44,162 nucleotides of DNA from a virus (taxonomy: Duplodnaviria; Caudoviricetes): IMG/VR virus record IMGVR_UViG_3300042350_000206, positions 1 through 44,162 of that record. One strand, 5' to 3'. Below the pieces are notes generated by a model. The model did no database searches and was not told where the DNA came from. It saw only the letters and a list, made by a program, of their open reading frames with translations. Of the stretch, positions 26,320 through 33,079 are shown piece after piece (positions within the stretch are counted from its first letter, which is position 1; every line of letters starts with the position of its first letter). The position numbers were made by a program, and so were the translations under genes.

Positions 26320-27048
26320 TTAGTAAATCCTTTTCCATCTTCCAGTGAGATACTTGTAAGCCTTCTCAGGAACGACCCAATCATTCTCGTATTTGACGTA
26401 CGGTACAGCACGGAGCCAAGAGGACTGATACTTAGCGTACGGTTCACTGACGAAGAGAACGACAGAAGGTTGAGAGATTATGGACCCGTACGCCGTGTTA
26501 GGTTGGAACCCAGAGACGATACGAGTATCACCTTCCTCAGTAATCCTTACGTCACCATTCTCAAGCAGTCTGATTACGTTTTCATCTTCTTGGTCGAATA
26601 GTCCGTACGCTACCAGCTTAGGTGTCGCAGAGAAGATACCCTCAGCTTGGATATCCGACGCACCTGCAAACTTGAACCCTGCGACAGAAGCGATAGAAGA
26701 CGCACCAGAGAGGCTAGTCGCACCGGGCTGAATCCTTACTCCTGAAGAGGAGAGTGTGCCTGTAGCGATCCCTACGTGCGCTCCTGAGGCTACTAGGTCA
26801 CCATCTACACTAGTAGTACCTTGGCCGTTAAGAGCACTACGACCAAAGAGAATAGCTTCGCCTACAAGGAGGGTGCTACCCGTTGACGACAAACTGACTG
26901 AAGCTAGTATCGTAGCGTTACTGACAGCAGACAGTGAGCCTTGAGCCGTTAGGTCTGCAAAGCCATCATAGAACTTCTCGGTGACCCTAGAATCCCCATC
27001 TTCAAGGATACGAAGGTCACCACCCTCTGTTACACGATAGCCTTCCAT
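26320..27048 (-). CDS. Virion structural protein
   Basis: Repeated R.(T/L)E.GD motifs, Ser/Gly/Ala-rich. Confidence 0.6.
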   Translation of the reverse strand: MEGYRVTEGGDLRILEDGDSRVTEKFYDGFADLTAQGSLSAVSNATILASVSLSSTGSTLLVGEAILFGRSALNGQGTTSVDGDLVASGAHVGIATGTLSSSGVRIQPGATSLSGASSIASVAGFKFAGASDIQAEGIFSATPKLVAYGLFDQEDENVIRLLENGDVRITEEGDTRIVSGFQPNTAYGSIISQPSVVLFVSEPYAKYQSSWLRAVPYVKYENDWVVPEKAYKYLTGRWKRIY

Positions 27049-27064
27049 CCTAACCTCCTATGGA

Positions 27065-27457
27065 TTAGGCGATGGTAAGGTCGATATTACCTGTAGCAAA
27101 TTCCAGAGTATCACCGTCAGCAATAGTCTTCGAAGCCGTCATAGCACCGTGCCACAGCAGGTTACCAGAAGTGGAGGCGTCGTGGATACCGATGTGAGTA
27201 ATCGTACCCCAGCTACCGCCAGCAGCCGTAAAGGTCACAGCACCTGAGTTAGAGGTTGTACCACCGGGGGTCGATGCCGCATCAAACGCTACAGTCTGAC
27301 GCGAATAGCCATTACCCGACACCTCAGTGCCACCACCCGAGTCAGAAGGGGCAGCGGTGTACAGGGCGACGTACCAAGCAGTAGGACGAGTAGCACTACC
27401 AGTGGTCATTAACCAATCCAGTAGGAGCTTCTCCGAGTAGTCAGATAGAGCAGCCAT
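27065..27457 (-). CDS. Tail-associated protein
   Basis: YVALYTAAPSDSGGGTEVSG.GY.RQ..WGTITH.GI.DA...GNLL family. Confidence 0.75.
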   Translation of the reverse strand: MAALSDYSEKLLLDWLMTTGSATRPTAWYVALYTAAPSDSGGGTEVSGNGYSRQTVAFDAASTPGGTTSNSGAVTFTAAGGSWGTITHIGIHDASTSGNLLWHGAMTASKTIADGDTLEFATGNIDLTIA

Positions 27458-27468
27458 ATGATCCAGCC

Positions 27469-27765
27469 TTATGCAGTTGTGACTTTGAACCAGATATCCC
27501 CGTCAACACCACCCGAGGGAGGAAGAGGACTGATTGTCGTTTTATTAACCAACGTGAATACGTCGACACCACCAATAGTCAGGCCACCAGCATTCAGGAT
27601 GTCGTAGCCGTTCATGTCGAAGTCAGCGTTCATAGCGTTAGGCAGGCTACCGTCCAACGACACAGTATTGTCAAAGGCATCACGCAGAGCTTGGAAGTTC
27701 TGGTTGATCTCCGTCGTGGAGTTAAAGCCTGACGTAACGTTGTTGATGGATGGTTTCTTAGCCAT
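27469..27765 (-). CDS. Virion structural protein (fibre anchor-like)
   Basis: INQNF..FDNTVSLDGS.PNAM.AD.DMNG..ILN; PPSGGVDGDIWF. Confidence 0.65.
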   Translation of the reverse strand: MAKKPSINNVTSGFNSTTEINQNFQALRDAFDNTVSLDGSLPNAMNADFDMNGYDILNAGGLTIGGVDVFTLVNKTTISPLPPSGGVDGDIWFKVTTA

Positions 27766-27769
27766 GACG

Positions 27770-28297
27770 TTATTGAACCTTGATCCCTAGACGCTCCGCA
27801 TCCTCAGAGAGTAGCGACAGAGCCTGCTGATTCATCTCTTCTTCTTCCTTGGCCTTCAGTTTCTCTTTAGCCTTGGAAGCACTCTTGTCGTCAAGCCACC
27901 CACGCTCCAAAAGAAGCTTAGCAGCACCAAACGAAGAACGACCACCCGTACGCATCTCATCTGCGATAGAACGAATAGCCTCAGACTTAATCTTAACCTC
28001 GACTTCCTTACGCCACGCCTCTACGTCTTTCTTAATGTAGTTGCTATTGGACAGTTGAAGCCAAGTCTCCCACGAACCGAAGACCGCCCAAGCGAAGGTG
28101 TACTCCGTAGGGTCTGTGACACAGAACGACAAATACAGCTTACGCAAGGAGGTGTACGTCTTACCCTCACGCACAATGTCAGCTTCCTTGAGGGTGAAGA
28201 TAACGTGCTCAGGTTCAAAGTACGAAAGCTCCCAGAAGAGAGACTTGGTGCGTAGCTTGCCTTGTGACGTACGTAGCTGAGTCTCTGTGAAGAGCAC
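27770..28297 (-). CDS. Probable terminase small subunit
   Basis: DPTEYTFA...FGSWETW..L..WRKEVE.KIKSEA motif; first gene of the late arm; promoter shared with terL. Confidence 0.55.
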   Translation of the reverse strand: MLFTETQLRTSQGKLRTKSLFWELSYFEPEHVIFTLKEADIVREGKTYTSLRKLYLSFCVTDPTEYTFAWAVFGSWETWLQLSNSNYIKKDVEAWRKEVEVKIKSEAIRSIADEMRTGGRSSFGAAKLLLERGWLDDKSASKAKEKLKAKEEEEMNQQALSLLSEDAERLGIKVQ

Positions 28298-28337
28298 GGT
28301 TTCTCTACCTTATGAGATGAACGAATCACTTGTGGCA

Positions 28338-28367
28338 ATTATACCACAGTAGAAATACGTTTGTCAA
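28338..28367 (-). promoter_or_regulatory. Sigma70-type promoter of the late arm
   Basis: TTGACA(28367-28362)-18 bp-TATAAT(28343-28338), TG extension. Confidence 0.75.
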
Positions 28368-28427
28368 CCCCCTATCCTCCATGCTCTGATTACGACACAG
28401 ATGATCTGTATACGACAAAGATAGGGC

Positions 28428-28456
28428 TTGACAGAAGTGAAAAACCAGTGTATAAT
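28428..28456 (+). promoter_or_regulatory. Consensus sigma70 promoter firing into non-coding DNA
   Basis: TTGACA(28428-28433)-17 bp-TATAAT(28451-28456). Confidence 0.85.
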
Positions 28457-28462
28457 AAAACT

Positions 28463-28705
28463 GTCCTTTGGCGGACCCTAGTATATACTCTATAGTATTC
28501 TTCTCCTTAAGGTTCACTCCTACGTAATACTTAAGGAGAAGCTACAGATTCTGCCATAGGTTGGCCTTAGGTCAGACTGATGCGGATTACTCGAAGAGTA
28601 ACTGTAAGATTCCATCGTAGTACGTAAGTACAGCGTCTGTAAGATATCCAATACCTAAGCACTACTCATGCACCCCTATGGTTCACTCCGTAGGGGTTTC
28701 TTTAT
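28463..28705 (+). ncRNA. Candidate ~240-nt structured small RNA
   Basis: Bounded by a consensus promoter and an intrinsic terminator; several nested stems; no convincing ORF. Confidence 0.6.
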
Positions 28706-28707
28706 TT
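28672..28707 (+). terminator. Intrinsic terminator
   Basis: ACCCCTATGG-TTCACT-CCGTAGGGGT then TTCTTTATTT. Confidence 0.8.
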
Positions 28708-28870
28708 GTCGTCTCCACTGAAGCATAGCGTAGGGGTACCCTGTGGGTCTAGGAATTTTTATGAGAAAATCTTTAGGTGCAATGTACGTACAGAGGCTAC
28801 CCGCGCGACCCCCCGCCTCCGGGTCCACCAACGTGATCACAAATGCACCCCCACCCCTAGTTTTGTTATC

Positions 28871-29060
28871 ACATTCGTGTATTCGCATGTGTGCATGTGT
28901 GCATTGTGGTATCAGGTTACCCCATGTTACATTATAACATTGTTGAGGCAAAACACCTCACACACATTCAACTTCCCGCATGTATCTGATTACATTCAAA
29001 GATTCATATGTGTGCACCTACGCACAGACCTGAACGATACACATTCACATATCCGCATGT
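28871..29060 (+). repeat. Four dispersed 20-bp dyads ACATTC-N10-ATGT
   Basis: 28871-28890, 28964-28983, 28992-29011, 29041-29060. Confidence 0.8.
28925..28939. promoter_or_regulatory. Zur-box-like palindrome
   Basis: Minus strand TGTTATAATGTAACA versus Zur core TGTTATAnTATAACA (one mismatch). Confidence 0.45.
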
Positions 29061-29244
29061 TTGCACATGTGTTCGATCAAGCTTGCCAAGGTATCATATG
29101 CAAGAATCTGCATCTGTTGTCGTCTCTACCCGTGAACAAAACGTGAAAACGTCGGGAAGGCCCCAAATAGCCCCGTACAGCGCAATCTACCTTTCCGGCC
29201 ACCCTGATACCTAAAAACTAATGTTCGACATTCACCCCCTGTTT

Positions 29245-29300
29245 GTTCTCGTTCTGTTCTCGTTCCGTTGTCATGTTCCGCTTACGTTCCCCTTACGTTC
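29245..29300 (+). promoter_or_regulatory. Cluster of four alphaproteobacterial-type LexA boxes (GTTC-N7-GTTC)
   Basis: GTTC pairs at 29245/29256, 29251/29262, 29275/29286, 29286/29297. Confidence 0.65.
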
Positions 29301-29308
29301 TCATCCCT

Positions 29309-29391
29309 CGCGTGTGCGTGTGCGCTGGTGCGCCTAGGTGTGCGCGTGTGTGCCTGTGTGCGCGTGATGCGTGCATGATGCGTGCGCGTGT
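29309..29391. repeat. Alternating purine-pyrimidine (GT/GC) tract
   Basis: cgcgtgtgcgtgtgcgc...gtgtgcgcgtgtgtgc...gcgtgcgcgtgt. Confidence 0.8.
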
Positions 29392-29526
29392 TCCTTCCCC
29401 CAACAGAAGGGAGCTATGCAGCCAGTGCATATCCGGTATGCAAAATTAGCTGTAGTATCTTCTGAAAGTATGTCGTTCTCTGTGTCCAAGGAAGACGAAA
29501 CACAGACAGACAGAAGGAAGACAGAG

Positions 29527-29745
29527 ATGAAAGCTTGGGTATCGGTTCAGAAGTTTGGCGACTACGAAACATGTGTCGAATTGTGCGAGTATATCAACAG
29601 CACCACCCTTTATCATGCCATCCTTGGCAGCAACGGGAACCCTGTCATTCAGTGCAGACAGTATGAGCTTGGGCAATTGCTGGCAATCTTGGCAGCCGAC
29701 GAAAAGACAAACTGGATCGAATACACAGTGCAATTCGAATGCTGA
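29527..29745 (+). CDS. Early hypothetical protein
   Basis: AAGGAAG SD, ATG 29527 (MKAWVSVQKFG...). Confidence 0.65.
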   Translation: MKAWVSVQKFGDYETCVELCEYINSTTLYHAILGSNGNPVIQCRQYELGQLLAILAADEKTNWIEYTVQFEC

Positions 29746-29783
29746 CCTTTGGTGACTAGCCTTGCGGGGCTAGCATCCTAAGG
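29746..29783 (+). other. Long irregular intergenic hairpin, RNase III site-like
   Basis: CCTTTGGTGACTAGCC-TTGCG-GGGCTAGCATCCTAAGG between the first two early genes, no U-tract. Confidence 0.45.
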
Positions 29784-29813
29784 ACAACACAACGCAACAT
29801 AAGGAGCGACAAG

Positions 29814-30020
29814 ATGAACCAGCCGACGACAGACAAGGCCAAGCGCCTAGCAAGTGAAGCAACATTGATTGGTGTCGTTTGTGGTGTTCCCTTCTACGAA
29901 AGCCCGACACATGGCGACGAAAGCCCCTTGATCTACATCAACAAGGAAGGGAAGGCTAAGCTATCCGACCATTGGGAATTGCCTAGCTATGACGAGTTGC
30001 CAACAGACGCAATCTATTGA
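29814..30020 (+). CDS. Early hypothetical protein
   Basis: AAGGAG SD; FYESPTHGDESPL motif. Confidence 0.75.
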   Translation: MNQPTTDKAKRLASEATLIGVVCGVPFYESPTHGDESPLIYINKEGKAKLSDHWELPSYDELPTDAIY

Positions 30021-30029
30021 GGACAGGCA

Positions 30030-30098
30030 ATGTTCACCTCAATACTACTAGTCGCAATCATGGCGGGCTTTGTTGGCCTTGTCGTAACACAGGAATAA
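30030..30098 (+). CDS. Small hydrophobic early peptide (22 aa)
   Basis: GAGGA SD; MFTSILLVAIMAGFVGLVVTQE*. Confidence 0.45.
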   Translation: MFTSILLVAIMAGFVGLVVTQE

Positions 30099-30109
30099 GG
30101 GGAAACACT

Positions 30110-30355
30110 ATGCAATACAATGGCTGGACTAACAAAGAGACGTGGCTTGTCAACCTATGGATCGGGGACAACCTAGCTGAGATGCAAGGGGAAGGCACAG
30201 AGATATCGGGACATACCGTCAAGGCCCTAGTGGTTAAGTGGCTGGACTATGCCCAAGGGAATGACGTTGAGTCGGGCTTGCTTGTCGACCTGCTAAACTG
30301 TGCCTTGGCATCCATCAATTGGGAAGAAGTGGCAAGCCATTATAAGAATGATTGA
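30110..30355 (+). CDS. Early protein, YNGWTN.ETW family
   Basis: AAGGGG SD, ATG 30110; MQYNGWTNKETWLVNLW..INWEEVA. Confidence 0.75.
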   Translation: MQYNGWTNKETWLVNLWIGDNLAEMQGEGTEISGHTVKALVVKWLDYAQGNDVESGLLVDLLNCALASINWEEVASHYKND

Positions 30356-30424
30356 CAGAGTTTTGCCCATGTGCTGAGGTGTATGGGCAATGCTAAGGCA
30401 ATCTTAAACACAAGGGGACATGCT

Positions 30425-31135
30425 ATGTCTTGGAAGGGCAATCTGTTGCGGTCCGGTGGCGACGCAAAGACAGTCAAGGGCAATGGTTCAGAGTATCTGA
30501 CGGCTATCATGTATCTGACGCCTTGGAAGTCTGCAGGCATTAACGTCTGCCCTATGGCGGAACAGGCACAGTGCATTGAGGGTTGCCTTAACAGCGCGGG
30601 ACGTGGGCAAATGTCTAGCGTCCAGCTAGGGCGGGCAAGGAAAACGCAATGGTTTGCTAGTGACCGTCAAGGGTTCATGGCGCAGCTAGTCTCTGACCTA
30701 GAATCCTTTGTGTCGTATTGCGCTAAGCGCGGCATCCACCCTTGCGTTAGGCTGAACGGGACTAGTGACATTCGATGGGAATTGATCGGGGTCAATGGCT
30801 TTCGCAATGTCATGGAAGCTTTCCCGATGGTGACCTTTTATGACTATACTAAGATTGCTAATCGTAGGGGCTTGCCTGCGAATTACCATCTAACGTGGTC
30901 GTATAGTGAGGCGTCAAAGGCCTATGCTATTCAGTCTGCGATTGCCGTAGCTAACGGGCTTAACATTGCGGTGGTCTTTAGACGCAAGGGTGACATCCCT
31001 ACGGAATTTCTAGGGTTGCCCACGATTGATGGTGACCGTGACGATATGCGCTTCCTTGACCCTAAGGGTGTCGTGGTGGCACTGTATGCCAAGGGCAAGG
31101 CTAAGCAAGATCAATCCGGCTTTGTTGTCGGCTAA
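30425..31135 (+). CDS. Gp88-family protein (Cys triad, putative Fe-S enzyme)
   Basis: CPMAEQAQCIEGCL, RLNGTSDI, FYDYTK, NYHLTWS, DGDRDDMRFLD; ATG 30425 after AAGGGG. Confidence 0.8.
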   Translation: MSWKGNLLRSGGDAKTVKGNGSEYLTAIMYLTPWKSAGINVCPMAEQAQCIEGCLNSAGRGQMSSVQLGRARKTQWFASDRQGFMAQLVSDLESFVSYCAKRGIHPCVRLNGTSDIRWELIGVNGFRNVMEAFPMVTFYDYTKIANRRGLPANYHLTWSYSEASKAYAIQSAIAVANGLNIAVVFRRKGDIPTEFLGLPTIDGDRDDMRFLDPKGVVVALYAKGKAKQDQSGFVVG

Positions 31136-31155
31136 CATAAGGGAAGGGAAAGATC

Positions 31156-31500
31156 ATGGACCATATTGCAATCATGTATGAGGCTAAGTTTGAGGCCCGT
31201 AAGGTAGGGCAAGCTTTCCTAGACGAATACTATGGCGGGCAAGATGCAGGCATGTGTGGCTTTGCATGGGTGAACGTCAGACCTATGAATAAAGGCAACA
31301 CTAAGGCGGGCAAGGAAGAACGCAAGGTGCTTAGGGCCATGGGCTTTGAGCTAGATTGGACGGGCAAAGAGTTTCAGTTGTGGAACCCTTCGGGCTTGGG
31401 TTGCCAGAACGTTGATGCTAAGTATGCCGGGGCAAAGGCTGCAGCTAGTATCCTAAGGGAACATGGGTTCAATGCTTCGGCTGGTTTGCGGTTGGATTAA
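31156..31500 (+). CDS. Early conserved phage protein (CGFAWV family)
   Basis: GMCGFAWV..QNVDAKYAGA.A...L...G.....RLD. Confidence 0.75.
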   Translation: MDHIAIMYEAKFEARKVGQAFLDEYYGGQDAGMCGFAWVNVRPMNKGNTKAGKEERKVLRAMGFELDWTGKEFQLWNPSGLGCQNVDAKYAGAKAAASILREHGFNASAGLRLD

Positions 31501-31545
31501 TCGCAGCGCAGCGAGAACACTTATCAGATAGGGAAGGGAAAGAGA

Positions 31546-31776
31546 ATGGACAAGGATAGACTGTTGTCGTTTCTTGATGATCTAGCGTATGACCTCAAGG
31601 TGGTGCAGGCTAATGCGTCACAGGCTAAGCAGGATGCGTTCAGGTCTTACGATGTGGCGGATGCTGTCGACGGATTGGATGGCGTGATGGATAGCGTCAA
31701 GGCTATTAGGGATAGCATCCTGAACGTCAAGGAAGACTTGGAATATCGGGCTGTAATGGAGAGGGTCAGGAAATGA
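31546..31776 (+). CDS. Early hypothetical coiled-coil protein
   Basis: Same AGGGAAGGGAAAGA leader as the preceding gene. Confidence 0.7.
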   Translation: MDKDRLLSFLDDLAYDLKVVQANASQAKQDAFRSYDVADAVDGLDGVMDSVKAIRDSILNVKEDLEYRAVMERVRK

Positions 31777-31931
31777 AAAGGGAAATTGACTACTTCGACA
31801 CAGAGGTGGAGGCTGTTGCTGAGGGTGAACGCTGCAAGGCTTTACTCTATGGCTATGGGTATCGGTATCAGGTATACCATACGGATGATGGGTGGGTCTT
31901 GGATTCCACCAGATACACAACCTGCGATTGA
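31773..31931 (+). CDS. Early hypothetical protein (52 aa)
   Basis: ATGA overlap; MKREIDYFDTEVEAVAEG...; not in ORF track. Confidence 0.6.
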   Translation: MKREIDYFDTEVEAVAEGERCKALLYGYGYRYQVYHTDDGWVLDSTRYTTCD

Positions 31932-31948
31932 ACATAAGGAGACGACAA

Positions 31949-32116
31949 ATGCTACCTGAAATGACACTGGCTAACGTGCGGGACTTCATGATTATCATGT
32001 GGGTTGCGCTACAGGGATTCGGATGGTTCCACCCTACTTCCTATGGTATCTTCCAAGCACAAGTAGAGGAAGCTTACCTTGAACATGCAGAACGTCTTGG
32101 ATACTGGGAGGAATGA
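31949..32116 (+). CDS. Early hypothetical protein
   Basis: AAGGAG SD, ATG 31949. Confidence 0.65.
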   Translation: MLPEMTLANVRDFMIIMWVALQGFGWFHPTSYGIFQAQVEEAYLEHAERLGYWEE

Positions 32117-32337
32117 ACGTGGTGCATGTCAAGTATCTCAAAGAGCCTAAGCAGGCTAGGTTTCCCTCAGGTGATCCTAACCTTACGTGCCTCACTAAGA
32201 AGCGTGGTGACCTACGCAAGGCTGTAGAGGATGCAGAGTGGCTAGGGGAGGCTGAACGTCTCTCCAGCATGGAAGAAGAACTGTTCTGGGTAGAGGATCA
32301 GATCGCCAAGGGTTACCTCTATGAACCAAACTTCTGA
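32113..32337 (+). CDS. Hypothetical protein
   Basis: GGAGG SD, ATGA overlap; DAEWLGE..G.LYEPNF. Confidence 0.7.
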   Translation: MNVVHVKYLKEPKQARFPSGDPNLTCLTKKRGDLRKAVEDAEWLGEAERLSSMEEELFWVEDQIAKGYLYEPNF

Positions 32338-32419
32338 TGTCGTCATGATCCTAGTGACTGTTGCAGTAATGTCACGCATTGATCTCGTCGTCTACTTTCT
32401 TTATCGGGTCTTCAGATAG
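32321..32419 (+). CDS. Small hydrophobic protein (32 aa)
   Basis: MNQTSDVVMILVTVAVMSRIDLVVYFLYRVFR*; fills the gap before the promoter. Confidence 0.35.
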   Translation: MNQTSDVVMILVTVAVMSRIDLVVYFLYRVFR

Positions 32420-32422
32420 CTG

Positions 32423-32450
32423 TTGACGGATCAGAAAAAGTTGCTACCCT
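32423..32450 (+). promoter_or_regulatory. Putative promoter of the replication operon
   Basis: TTGACG-16 bp-(GC)TACCCT, an alphaproteobacterial-style -10. Confidence 0.55.
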
Positions 32451-32536
32451 AGGGCTTGTCCCTGACAAGGGTTCTATATGTCTATTCCCTATAGGTCAGG
32501 CCATAGCAGATGGCACTAACGTAAGGACTAACGTAA

Positions 32537-33079
32537 ATGACTAACACTAAATCTCTACCTTCTGTCGATTACCTACGTAAGCGCCTACGTTATGAGCCTG
32601 AGACAGGTAAGCTCTTCTGGCTGGACTACGAAGGTATGCCTAACAATTGGAGGGCTAGGTTCGTGGGTAAGGAAGCCTTAACTTCTTACTCTAACGGCTA
32701 TCTGTTAGGTGGTATCGGTGGTGTGTTGTTCCTAGCGCATCGTGTTGCTTACGCAATCCACCACGGGAAATGGCCAGACGATCAGATCGACCACATCAAC
32801 GGTGTAAGGGACGACAACCGTATCAACAATCTTCGCGTCGTAAACCAGCAAGAGAATCTTCGTAACTCAAACATGAAGAGGAATAACACGAGCGGAATTA
32901 CAGGGGTGGTTTTTTCTAAACCTAGGGGTAAGTGGCTTGCTCGGATAGGTGTCGGTTACCGCAGAATACACATTGGATACTTCGACACCCTTGAGGAAGC
33001 GGCAGCGGCCCGTAAGGAAGCAGCAGCCAAGTATGGGTTCACTGAACGTCATGGCACTAAGGCGGAGGAAGTAGAATGA
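32537..33079 (+). CDS. HNH homing endonuclease with AP2-like domain
   Basis: AHRVAY..IDHINGVRDDNRINNLR..N; SGITGV..KWLARI..IGYFDTLEEAAAAR. Confidence 0.92.
   Translation: MTNTKSLPSVDYLRKRLRYEPETGKLFWLDYEGMPNNWRARFVGKEALTSYSNGYLLGGIGGVLFLAHRVAYAIHHGKWPDDQIDHINGVRDDNRINNLRVVNQQENLRNSNMKRNNTSGITGVVFSKPRGKWLARIGVGYRRIHIGYFDTLEEAAAARKEAAAKYGFTERHGTKAEEVE

Noticed and set aside
28571-28645. Hammerhead ribozyme suggested by CTGATG in a multi-stem junction
   Set aside because: Core needs CUGANGA and GAAA; here it is CTGATGC with no GAAA
29011-29026. Assigning TGTGC-N6-GCACA to CRP or NifA
   Set aside because: Too degenerate within a TG/CA-rich stretch to name a factor; kept only as part of the array
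28871-29060. Mini CRISPR array
   Set aside because: Copies share only their ends, spacing is irregular (8-73 bp) and there are no cas genes
28676-29449. ORF-track ORFs across the intergenic region (28676-28951, 28706-29146, 28743-28937, 29008-29214, 29243-29449)
   Set aside because: Cys/His/Val-rich translations produced by the repeats; no SD, atypical codons
30352-30390. Promoter upstream of the Gp88 gene (TTGACA plus TTGCCCAT/ATGGGCAA dyad)
   Set aside because: The -35 is perfect but there is no clear -10; not supported enough to list
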